A stretch of 64,000 nucleotides of DNA from Candidatus Latescibacterota bacterium (GTDB lineage Bacteria; Latescibacterota; UBA2968; UBA8231): assembly GCA_965248355.1 (NCBI GenBank), contig OZ252098.1, positions 192,001 through 256,000 on the forward strand, written 5' to 3'. Below are positions 46,743-55,297 of this stretch, one piece after another. Position 1 is the first letter of the stretch; every line of letters starts with the position of its first letter. The notes under the pieces are model-generated. The model ran no database searches. It was given only the letters and a program-made list of their open reading frames with translations, and was not told the origin of the DNA. Both the position numbers and the translations under genes were made by a program.

Positions 46743-48083
46743 GTGGAAGAACGCAGAAAGATACTCTACGGCTCCTTTGGGATCGCCACCCTCCTTCACG
46801 TCCTCATCTTCGGGTTCTTCTCGAAGGGGGAGATGCTGGCGCTCAACGCCCTGCTCGGCGTGGCGCTCATCGTCGTTCTGTGGCGGGCCACGGCCGGCCG
46901 TCGGGGAGCCCTGTTCGTGAGTCTCGCGGTGGCTGTATGCATCGAGGCCGTCGCCTGGGGCGTTGCGTGGTACTACGAGCAGCAGGTCACCGAGGAAGAG
47001 ACGAAGCTGATCCGCTTCCAGGCGCCGCCGCCGATCCTGGAGAAGAACTTCGACCTGGCCAAGAAGCCGGAGATCTCCGAGGTGCAGATGGAGATGCTGG
47101 CCTCGCTGTCGCCGCCGGATCTGCCGACCGACATCAACGCCATCGCCGACGTGAGCGCCGTCGGTTCCGACCTGCTCGGGGCGGTTCTGCCCGGCAGCCA
47201 GGTGCTGGGCACGTTCTCCGGCGCCAAGGCGGAGGAGCTGGCCTTCGACGAGGTCGAGATGATCGAGCTCACGGAGACGGCTGCCCCGGTCCAGGAGGCA
47301 CTGAGCCTGAAGCAGGAGTTGCTGAACGTTCAGGACCTCGACTTTGGCCGCTATCAGGCGATCCTGATCCAGGACCCGGAGAACAAGCGCAACATCAAAG
47401 GGTTCTTCAACATGAGCGTCATCGACTACGACCTGGCGAACAAGAGCACCGACCGCTTCCCGACCGCCGTGGAGGAGTTGATGCGCTACATGCGTGACAA
47501 TACGCGGATCAACGCCCAGATCGAAGGGGTGACGTTGCGTCTGAGCGACACGCAGATCTTCAAGCAGCCCTTCCTCTACATGACGGGGAACAACGCGATC
47601 TTCCAGTTCTCCCAAACGGAAAGGGAGAACATGGGCGAGTACCTCCGTCAGGGCGGGTTCCTGTACGCGGAGGATATCCGCCATGCCAATTCGGCGGGCA
47701 GCCTGGAGGACACTGGCGCGGGAACGGCCGGGACCATCTTCGACCGCCAGTTCAAGGCGCTCATGAAGGACGAGCTCGTGCTCTCCGGTGACGGCGCCCG
47801 GTGGCAACGGGTCACCAAGGACCATCCCCTGTTCGAAAGCTTCTACGACTTCGGCGACGGTCCCCCCAAGGGAGGCGCGCCGGGGGGCAACGTCTTCGAC
47901 CTCGAAATGCTGGAGCTCCGCGGTCGAGTCGCGGTGGTATTCTCCGACCTCAACATCAGCTGGTACTGGGGCGATCCGAATGCCGACGCCCGGGAGAGAG
48001 GCCTGCAGTTCGGCGTCAACCTGATCGTCTTCGCCCTGACCCAGCCCGGCGGCATCGCCAACGTCAGTCAGTACTCCGAGTAG
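46743..48083 (+). CDS. Membrane-anchored DUF4159 domain protein with a TonB-like N-terminal organisation
   Basis: Three N-terminal TM segments, extended linker (QAPPPILEK), C-terminal PFLYMTG...E.ENMGEYLRQGGFLYAED...HPLF...GR...GVN..FALT. Confidence 0.75.
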   Translation: MEERRKILYGSFGIATLLHVLIFGFFSKGEMLALNALLGVALIVVLWRATAGRRGALFVSLAVAVCIEAVAWGVAWYYEQQVTEEETKLIRFQAPPPILEKNFDLAKKPEISEVQMEMLASLSPPDLPTDINAIADVSAVGSDLLGAVLPGSQVLGTFSGAKAEELAFDEVEMIELTETAAPVQEALSLKQELLNVQDLDFGRYQAILIQDPENKRNIKGFFNMSVIDYDLANKSTDRFPTAVEELMRYMRDNTRINAQIEGVTLRLSDTQIFKQPFLYMTGNNAIFQFSQTERENMGEYLRQGGFLYAEDIRHANSAGSLEDTGAGTAGTIFDRQFKALMKDELVLSGDGARWQRVTKDHPLFESFYDFGDGPPKGGAPGGNVFDLEMLELRGRVAVVFSDLNISWYWGDPNADARERGLQFGVNLIVFALTQPGGIANVSQYSE

Positions 48084-48105
48084 CCAGAAGGTTTCGAGCC
48101 GACGT

Positions 48106-48140
48106 CACGAGCCCGGTCGAATGGTGCGACCGGGCTCGTG
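48106..48140. terminator. Bidirectional terminator-like hairpin between convergent genes
   Basis: 14-bp perfect stem CACGAGCCCGGTCG / CGACCGGGCTCGTG with 7-nt loop. Confidence 0.65.
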
Positions 48141-48158
48141 CTCGTTCTCGCCGCACGG

Positions 48159-49913
48159 TCAGGATCCACCGGACCACCCGGCTCCCTGTCTCAGGCTGTG
48201 GGCGCCGGCGGCCAGTTGCCAGCGCTCCCGGCTGCCGTCGGACCAGCGTACGGTGACCGACGCCCCGGAAGCGCCGTCCAGTCCCACGTGAATCCTCGGA
48301 TCCGAGGCGGACAGGTAGCTGCCGGCGCCGTGAACCTGGCGGTGGAGCACGCGCTCGCCGAACCGGACCTCGATTCGGGCCCCCAGCCCGCTCCGATTGC
48401 CGGGCTGTCCCGAGACCAGGCTCAGGCTCAGCCCGGTGGATCCGCTCCGGTCGTTGCGCAGCAGGCGTGGCCCCCCTCCGTTGGTGGTGAGAATCAGATC
48501 CTCATCGCCGTCGTTGTCGTAGTCTCCGGCGGTCAGGGCGCGGCTCACGCGGGGCCGGGCCTCGGCCATCCACGACGCCTCTTCGGTGAAGCGGCCGGCG
48601 CCATCGTTGACCAGCAACTGGTCGGGTTGGGCATGTGACAGGCTGCTGTCGATGTCGGCGATGCGGTCGAGGACGTGACCGTTGGCGACCGCCAGATCGA
48701 GATCGCCATCGGCGTCGACGTCGAACAGGGCGGCGCCGAATCCGAGGGGGAGGAAGCTGGGTGAGGCCAGTCCGCGGAATCGGGTCTCGTCCGTGTACGC
48801 CGGGGCGTGCCGTCCGCCGTGGCGGTAGAGGGTGTTCGTCTCGCGGGAGAAGTTGGCCACAACCAGGTCCGGCCAGCCGTCTCCGTCCACGTCTCCGAAG
48901 TCCGCGCCCATGCCGGCCTCGGCGCGGCCGTCGGCATTGAACCGCACTCCCCAGGCCAGGCTGGTCTCCGTTACCCGGGGTGAGCCGCTGGTCCCGGTGT
49001 CGTTCCGATAGAGGAAGTTGGCCTCGCCGTCGTTGGCCACGAACCAGTCCGTGTCGCCATCGAGGTCGATGTCGGCCATGGCCAGCCCGAGACCGCGTCC
49101 GACGCCGGAAAGGCCTGCCTCCAAGGTCACGTCGGTCATCCTCAGGTCTCCCGTGCCGGCCTCGTTGAGGTAGAGGAGGTCCCGGGTCCCCGGATACCGG
49201 TCCGGATCGCAGTAGGTACGGATCGAGCCCCGGCGGCAGACCGGGATCCGGGCCGCGTCGAAGGGGACGTAGTTGACGACGACGAGGTCGAGGTCTCCGT
49301 CGAGATCGATGTCGACGAAGCCCGTTCCCGTGCCCCATCGGCGATCGTCGACGCCCATGGCTTCGGCCCGCTCCTGGAACCGCCGGTTGCTCTGAAGCAG
49401 CAGGGCGTTCGGGCCGACGTTGGTGACGAACAGATCGACGCCGCCGTCTCCATCCACGTCGGCGGCGGCCACCCCCATCCCGTAGCCGTCCTCTCCGGCT
49501 CCGGTGGCGTCGGTGACATCGACGAACCGGACGGGAAAGCCGGACCTCCCTCCGAGGTTCCGGTAAAGCCGGTTGGTCGGGGGCGCACGGACCCCATCGG
49601 AGTCCAGGAGAGTCCCGCCCTGGATCAGGTAGAGGTCCAGCCAGCCGTCGCCGTCGTAGTCGACCCAGGCGGCCCCTGCGCCAAAGGTCTCGGGACAGGC
49701 GAAGCGGCCGTCGGCGCCGCTGTCGTGCACGAAGTCGATCCCCGCGGACGTGGTGACATCGGAGAAGACTCTCGGCGGGGCCCCGGCGGAAGGATCTCCG
49801 CCCGAAAGCCCGCAGCCGAGACAGGAGAGCGAGAGGATGAAGCCGAAGAGCCTGGAGGGACGGGACAGAAGGGATGGCCCGGCAAGGCGTGGGGGCCCCG
49901 CCGCCTGGGTCAC
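48159..49913 (-). CDS. CRTAC1-family lipoprotein (FG-GAP + ASPIC/UnbV), second paralog
   Basis: Lipobox CLGC; ETFGAG; DxDxDG repeats; AGMG; SYLSASD..HVGL; start uncertain (GTG 49913). Confidence 0.88.
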   Translation of the reverse strand: MTQAAGPPRLAGPSLLSRPSRLFGFILSLSCLGCGLSGGDPSAGAPPRVFSDVTTSAGIDFVHDSGADGRFACPETFGAGAAWVDYDGDGWLDLYLIQGGTLLDSDGVRAPPTNRLYRNLGGRSGFPVRFVDVTDATGAGEDGYGMGVAAADVDGDGGVDLFVTNVGPNALLLQSNRRFQERAEAMGVDDRRWGTGTGFVDIDLDGDLDLVVVNYVPFDAARIPVCRRGSIRTYCDPDRYPGTRDLLYLNEAGTGDLRMTDVTLEAGLSGVGRGLGLAMADIDLDGDTDWFVANDGEANFLYRNDTGTSGSPRVTETSLAWGVRFNADGRAEAGMGADFGDVDGDGWPDLVVANFSRETNTLYRHGGRHAPAYTDETRFRGLASPSFLPLGFGAALFDVDADGDLDLAVANGHVLDRIADIDSSLSHAQPDQLLVNDGAGRFTEEASWMAEARPRVSRALTAGDYDNDGDEDLILTTNGGGPRLLRNDRSGSTGLSLSLVSGQPGNRSGLGARIEVRFGERVLHRQVHGAGSYLSASDPRIHVGLDGASGASVTVRWSDGSRERWQLAAGAHSLRQGAGWSGGS

Positions 49914-49972
49914 GGCGGCGGGGCCGTGTGGTGCCGAGCCGGGAAGATACGACCTGTCGGCGGGCAGGACCG

Positions 49973-50647
49973 TCAGAGCGCGTGCTTGATGGTCCCCCAG
50001 GTGACCGCCGTAACCTGGGTGGGGACCTCCACCGAGGCCTGCTGGCCGGGCAGGGCGCCCGGGGTGCCGAGCTCGGTGGACCCCGGATCCCAGCCGCTGG
50101 ACTCGGTGGCCGTGGTCCATGAGTCCTTCTCGTCGCCGCGGGCCTCCAGGTCGGTCCGGACCATGGCCGCCTTCGTCTCTCCGCTCAGACCGCCGAAGGG
50201 CGCGCCCCGTCCGTCGTCGATCCGGTCGATGACCGATCCCGACTCCGGCGGACCGTCGTACAGACGGAGGTGGAGCTTGGTGTTGGGCAGAGACACCTGT
50301 GGATCGACGAGAGAGGGAACTGTCGCCAGGCGCGAGCGCTCGTCGTCATGGCCGTAGTTGGAGATGAGAAAGACCTCGCCCGGCGCGAGCTGGCCGGACT
50401 CGATGAGCACCATCACGTTCTCGTCTTCGCCGTCGCCTCGGGTGATCGTCCAGCCGGCGAGGTCCACCGTCTCGGAACCGCGGTTGAAGAGCTCGATCCA
50501 CTCGTCGGAGCTGGAGGCGGAGCTACCCGCCCACATCAGCTCGCTCACGACGACGGACCCCGGCTCCTGGCCGGCGCCGGCGCCGACGCCGGCCAGGATC
50601 AGCCAGCCCGTCAGCCAGGGGGATGTGGGCAACACTCGAGTCAGCAT
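49973..50647 (-). CDS. Secreted lamin-tail-domain (LTD) protein with C-terminal TWG-x-[IV]-K tail
   Basis: RBS GGGAGG; signal peptide; VVVSELMW...DEWIELFN...VDLAGWTI...GTPG; tail TQVTAVTWGTIKHAL. Confidence 0.85.
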   Translation of the reverse strand: MLTRVLPTSPWLTGWLILAGVGAGAGQEPGSVVVSELMWAGSSASSSDEWIELFNRGSETVDLAGWTITRGDGEDENVMVLIESGQLAPGEVFLISNYGHDDERSRLATVPSLVDPQVSLPNTKLHLRLYDGPPESGSVIDRIDDGRGAPFGGLSGETKAAMVRTDLEARGDEKDSWTTATESSGWDPGSTELGTPGALPGQQASVEVPTQVTAVTWGTIKHAL

Positions 50648-50909
50648 GGGGATGCCTCCCTTGAAGGGGTGTGGGGTGGGCGAGGAGACCTCTCTCGCCT
50701 TTCGGGGCGCCGTCTGCAACTCCCGTGCCGGCCCCCGTCCCCATGCTGAATCCCTCTGTCCTGCAGTCGGTTGGGAGATCTACTCGTGAATTCGGCCAGG
50801 CCGCGGTCGGTGTGGCCGTGGGCTCACACTCGTGGCGACGGAAGGACCCGGCCCGCAGGCATCTCCCTCCACGGAGGGCCGAAGAGGCTGGTGGGGAGCT
50901 GGAGTTGGA

Positions 50910-52352
50910 TCAGCTCCGGCGCCGCAGGGCTTCCTCGGTCAGCCGCTGCACCCCGCCGAAGCCGGCGTTGCTCATGAACAGCACCGTATCGCCCCGGGCT
51001 GCGAGGCCCGCCAGGTGCGCGGCGATCCTCTCGGCCGTGGGAAGGTGCCACGCCTCGAGGCCGCGGGACCGAAGATTCTCCACGAGACGGTCGGGCGAGA
51101 AGGGTTCCTCCCCGCCGCTGCGCTCCGGCCGCGGAACCGGCCCGACGATGACCGCATCGGCCTCGGCGAAGGCCTGCACGTAGCGCGACTCGAAGGTCGC
51201 CCTGGCGTTCGAGGCGCTGGCGGGCTCGAAGACCGCCCACAGCCGGCCGCGAGGAAAGGACCGGCGCACTCCGGCCAGGGTCTGGCCCACCGCCGTCGGA
51301 TGGTGGGCGAAGTCATCGATGAGCCTCACGCCGCCGATGGTGCCGAGGTGCTCCTGCCTGCGGCGCACCCCGGCGAAGCCGGACAGGGCGGCGCCGCAAC
51401 GCTCCGGGCCGGCTCCGGCAAAGGCGGCCGCCGCCAGCGCGCCCAGGGCATTGCGCAGGTTGTGCTCGCCGCCCAGGGACAGCCGCAGCCGGGCAAGGTG
51501 TCCCCCGGGGGCCACGAGGTCGAAGGACTGGCCCTGCTCGTCGGTCTCAACGTCGCAGGCCCGCCAGTGATTGTCGCGACCCAGGCCGAAGGTCTGCACC
51601 GGGGCCGGGGCTTCGGCCACGGTCTCGGCGACCACGGGATCATCTCCGTTGGCCAGGATGAGACCGGTCCGCGGCACCTGGTTGACGACCTGACGGAAGG
51701 CGCGGCGAATCTCGTCCAGGTCCCGGTAGATATCGGCGTGATCGAACTCGATGTTGTTGACGATGAGGACGTGGGGACGGTAGTACAGGAACTTCGCCGT
51801 CTTTGCGAAGTAGGCGCTGTCGTACTCGTCTCCCTCGATGACGAACCAGGGATCCGTGCCCAGGTGATAGGGACGGTCCAGGTCCCGCGGAAGGCCGGCC
51901 ACGAGCCAGGAGGGATCGAGCCCCCCGGACCGCAGAAGAACCGCGGCCATGGCCGTGGTGGTCGTCTTGCCGTGAGTGCCCGTGGCCACGATCGGTCGAT
52001 GGCCTGCCAGGAACAGGTCGCGCAGGATCTCGGGCAGGCTGGTGTAGGGGAGCCCGGCGTCGAGAACGGCTTCCAGCTCCGGATTGCCCCGGGAAACGGC
52101 GTTGCCCACGACGACGAGATCGGGCGCCGGATCGAGATTACCCGGATCGAATCCCTCGAAGAGGCGGATGCCCTCGGCCCGCAGAAAGTCGCTCAGGGGC
52201 GGGTAGACGTTGCGGTCGGACCCGGTGACGCGGTAGCCCCGGCTCTTCAGCAGGCCGGCCAGGGAGCCCATGGCCGTGCCGCAGGCGGCGATCAGATGGA
52301 TATGAGCGTCGGGAGAGAGTGGGATCACGTCATCCGCGGGAGCCGGGGCCAT
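50910..52352 (-). CDS. mpl: UDP-MurNAc:L-Ala-gamma-D-Glu-meso-DAP ligase (murein peptide ligase)
   Basis: HIHLIAACGTAMGSLA, GTHGKTTT, IEGDEYDSAYF, EFDHADIY, DDFAHHPTA, MSNAGFGG. Confidence 0.92.
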   Translation of the reverse strand: MAPAPADDVIPLSPDAHIHLIAACGTAMGSLAGLLKSRGYRVTGSDRNVYPPLSDFLRAEGIRLFEGFDPGNLDPAPDLVVVGNAVSRGNPELEAVLDAGLPYTSLPEILRDLFLAGHRPIVATGTHGKTTTTAMAAVLLRSGGLDPSWLVAGLPRDLDRPYHLGTDPWFVIEGDEYDSAYFAKTAKFLYYRPHVLIVNNIEFDHADIYRDLDEIRRAFRQVVNQVPRTGLILANGDDPVVAETVAEAPAPVQTFGLGRDNHWRACDVETDEQGQSFDLVAPGGHLARLRLSLGGEHNLRNALGALAAAAFAGAGPERCGAALSGFAGVRRRQEHLGTIGGVRLIDDFAHHPTAVGQTLAGVRRSFPRGRLWAVFEPASASNARATFESRYVQAFAEADAVIVGPVPRPERSGGEEPFSPDRLVENLRSRGLEAWHLPTAERIAAHLAGLAARGDTVLFMSNAGFGGVQRLTEEALRRRS

Positions 52353-52367
52353 TGGCGGGCCATTCGG

Positions 52368-52397
52368 CCTGATCTGGAAATATCAGGAGAGTATAGT
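52368..52397. promoter_or_regulatory. Inverted repeat plus -10-like hexamer in the divergent mpl/GT2 gap
   Basis: CCTGAT-N8-ATCAGG followed by TATAGT. Confidence 0.3.
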
Positions 52398-52576
52398 GAC
52401 AGAAGGGCTTTCCGAGGGGCTGCCGGGGCTCCCGGTGTCGCGCGGAAAAAGCCGGCGCCATCTCCATGGCATCAGGCGACAGCCTTATCTTCGGAACAGG
52501 CATGAGGCGCCGAACGGACGCGCCCAGGCCGAGGCCCGGCTCGCCCAGGCCGATCGACAGGAGGCGAGGAGTGACG

Positions 52577-53575
52577 ATGTCAGCGGACGGCCCCATCGAT
52601 CTGTCCATCGTGGTCCCTTTGTACAACGAGGAGGAGAGCCTTGAGCCCCTGTGCGAGCAGATCGAGGCCGCCCTCTCCGGCCAGGACCTGTCCTTCGAGG
52701 TGGTCTTCGTCGACGATGGCAGCACCGACGGTTCCTTCGAGGTCCTCGGGGGGCTCGCGGGGAGCTACGGCTGGCTGCGGGCGGTTCGTTTCCGTCGCAA
52801 CTACCGCAAGGCGGCGGCCCTGGCCACAGGCTTCAAGGAGGCCCGGGGCCGGCTGGTGGCAACCCTCGACGCGGACCTGCAGGACGATCCGGCGGAGATC
52901 GCCAACCTGCTGGCCGCCCTCGAGGAAGGGGGCGGCCAGGACCTGGTGTCCGGATGGAAGAGGAAGCGTCGGGATCCGCTTACCAAGACCCTGCCGTCGA
53001 AGCTGTTCAACCTGATCACGTCGGCGGTCTCCGGCATCCGTCTGCACGACTTCAACTGCGGTCTCAAGCTGTACAGGCGCGAGGTTCTCGAGGAAGCCCT
53101 GCCGTATCTCTACGGCGAGCTCTACCGGTTCCTGCCCGCCATCGCCCACTGGGCGGGATACCGGGTGGGAGAACTGCCGGTCACCCACCACCCGCGCCGT
53201 TTCGGCCGTTCGAAGTTCGGCACCCGCCGCCTCCTCAACGGCCTGCTCGACCTGCTGTCGATCACCTTCGTGGTCCGCTTCATGTCCACGCCCATGCACG
53301 TCTTCGGCTCCCTGGGACTGTTGTGCACGCTCGGGGGCGGCGCCATCGGCGCCTATATCACCCACCTGTGGTGGCAGACCGGCACGATCCAGAACCGCCA
53401 CCCGCTGATGATGCTCGCCGTTCTTCTGATCATCGTCGGGATCCAGTTCTTCTCCACGGGCCTGCTTGGAGACATGCTCGCCAGCCTCCATCAACGGGGC
53501 GGACGAACACCGCCGATCAGGGATCGCCTGGGGCCGCACCCCGGCGCCTCCCGGGACTCCGGGAGCGGCCCCTGA
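52577..53575 (+). CDS. Glycosyltransferase family 2 (polyprenol-phosphate glycosyltransferase, ArnC/GtrB-like)
   Basis: SIVVPLYNEE, VDDGSTD, LDADLQDDP, HDFNCGLK, two C-terminal TM helices. Confidence 0.92.
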   Translation: MSADGPIDLSIVVPLYNEEESLEPLCEQIEAALSGQDLSFEVVFVDDGSTDGSFEVLGGLAGSYGWLRAVRFRRNYRKAAALATGFKEARGRLVATLDADLQDDPAEIANLLAALEEGGGQDLVSGWKRKRRDPLTKTLPSKLFNLITSAVSGIRLHDFNCGLKLYRREVLEEALPYLYGELYRFLPAIAHWAGYRVGELPVTHHPRRFGRSKFGTRRLLNGLLDLLSITFVVRFMSTPMHVFGSLGLLCTLGGGAIGAYITHLWWQTGTIQNRHPLMMLAVLLIIVGIQFFSTGLLGDMLASLHQRGGRTPPIRDRLGPHPGASRDSGSGP

Positions 53576-53639
53576 GGCGGCGCCGGCGAGCCATCTCCCG
53601 GATGGTAAATCTGCGGCTTCGGGGGTATATTCGAGTGAG

Positions 53640-54143
53640 ATGAGCCTGCCCGACCAAACCCTGCGCCTGATCTTTCTCGATCTGCTGTTCCTGGTCCTCG
53701 CCGGAGCCATGGCCTTCTGGTTCCGGGCCTGGCTGAAGGAGCAGAAGAGGGAACTGGACCGGCGAGTGGCCTCCCTGGAGAGCCAGCAGCAGGGCCTGGC
53801 CCGGCTGGCCGAGCGGCTGGGCAACCTCTGCCGTACCCTCGAGCGGCCGGCGCCCGCCGCCTCGGAGCCCGTACCCGGGGCCCGCGGATCGGCGGCCCCG
53901 CCGCAGGCCGCCGGCGCGGCACCCTGGCCTGGGGCAGGCCTTGGCGAGAGCCGGCCCGGCAGGCCCGCAGGCGCCGGCCGGCGCCTGCGGGAGGAGCCGT
54001 CGGATCCCGGCCGCGACGCCTATCGCAGGGCCCGTGATCTCCTCGATCAGGGCCTCTCACCCGCCGAGATCTCCCGCCGCGTCGGACTGAGGATGTCGGA
54101 GGTGAATGTGTTGAAGCGGATGCGGGAGGCCGGGCGGCGGTAA
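53640..54143 (+). CDS. Membrane-anchored hypothetical protein with coiled coil and C-terminal HTH-like (DUF2802-like) domain
   Basis: N-terminal TM, heptad segment, C-terminal ARDLLDQGLSPAEISRRVGLRMSEV; TATATT upstream. Confidence 0.6.
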   Translation: MSLPDQTLRLIFLDLLFLVLAGAMAFWFRAWLKEQKRELDRRVASLESQQQGLARLAERLGNLCRTLERPAPAASEPVPGARGSAAPPQAAGAAPWPGAGLGESRPGRPAGAGRRLREEPSDPGRDAYRRARDLLDQGLSPAEISRRVGLRMSEVNVLKRMREAGRR

Positions 54144-54159
54144 CGCCCGAAGGGTCGGC

Positions 54160-55215
54160 TCAGCCCTTCCGTACCAACCCGCCGAATTCCCGCAGCAGCC
54201 GATCGATCTCGCCGTCCGTACCGACGGAGATGCGCAGGCAGTCGGAGAGCCTGGGGTCGCCGCCGAAGTAGCGGACCAGGATGCGGCGTTGCCTCAGCCC
54301 CGAGGCGACGGTCCCGGCATCGACCCCGGAGGGCATCCGGGCGAGGACGAAGTTGGCCTCGGAGTCCCAGACGCGGCAGCCGTGTTCGCGGAGCGCCCGG
54401 GTCAGGCGGGAGCGCGTGGCCACGACCCGGCGCGCGTTGCTCCGCATCCATTCGATGTCGTCGAGGGCGGCCTCGGCGGCCACCTGGCTCAGGGTGTTGA
54501 CGTTGTAGTGCTCCTTCACCTTGCCCATCCCCTCGGCCAGCTCGGGGGCGGCGATGCAGAAGCCGACGCGGAGTCCGGCCAGGGAGAAGGACTTCGACAG
54601 GGTGCGGGCGACGATCACGTTGGCATGGCGGCGGACGAGGTCGACGGCGCCGCGGCGGGCGAAGTCGACGTATGCCTCGTCGACGACCAGGATACCGGAC
54701 ACCTCGGCGGCCAGGGACTCGAGATCTTCGCCGGACACGACCGTTCCCGAGGGGGAGTTCGGGTTGGGAACCAGGGTCAGGGGGGCCCTGGCGGCGGCCA
54801 GGGCGGCCGGAAGGGAGAAGTCGTCGTCGAATTCGATGGACGGCCGGCGGGCGTCCTGCAATTCGACGAGCTTGGCGTAGTACGGGTAGGTCGGCGTGGC
54901 GAAGGCCACCTCGTCCCCGGCGCCGGCAAAGCAGCGCACGGCGATGTTGAGCAGCTCGTCGGAGCCGTTGCCGACGACGAAGTGCTCCTGGCCGAGGCCG
55001 AAGAGGGCCGCCAGCCGCCGTCGCACCCCGGTGGCGCCGGCATCGGGATAGCGTCGCAGGCCTCCGTCCACGGCGGCGCGCAGGCGCGCCAGGACCAGCG
55101 GCGAAGGCGGGCAGGGGTTCTCGTTGGTATTGAGCTTGAGGTACTCCCCGTCGCCGGGCTGCTCCCCGGGGAGGTAGCCGGCCATTCCGGCGATGTGGGG
55201 AAGAAAGGGGGTCAT
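54160..55215 (-). CDS. hisC: Histidinol-phosphate aminotransferase
   Basis: KLNTNENP, RYPD, GNGSDE, NPNSPSG, VDEAY, RTLSKSFSLAGLRVG. Confidence 0.93.
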   Translation of the reverse strand: MTPFLPHIAGMAGYLPGEQPGDGEYLKLNTNENPCPPSPLVLARLRAAVDGGLRRYPDAGATGVRRRLAALFGLGQEHFVVGNGSDELLNIAVRCFAGAGDEVAFATPTYPYYAKLVELQDARRPSIEFDDDFSLPAALAAARAPLTLVPNPNSPSGTVVSGEDLESLAAEVSGILVVDEAYVDFARRGAVDLVRRHANVIVARTLSKSFSLAGLRVGFCIAAPELAEGMGKVKEHYNVNTLSQVAAEAALDDIEWMRSNARRVVATRSRLTRALREHGCRVWDSEANFVLARMPSGVDAGTVASGLRQRRILVRYFGGDPRLSDCLRISVGTDGEIDRLLREFGGLVRKG

Positions 55216-55297
55216 CGGGCTCCAGGGCGGGGTGGCAAGGTATCCGGAGCCCGCGCACGGTGTCAACGGCCCCGCCCGTGCCGGCCGGAGCGGGGGT

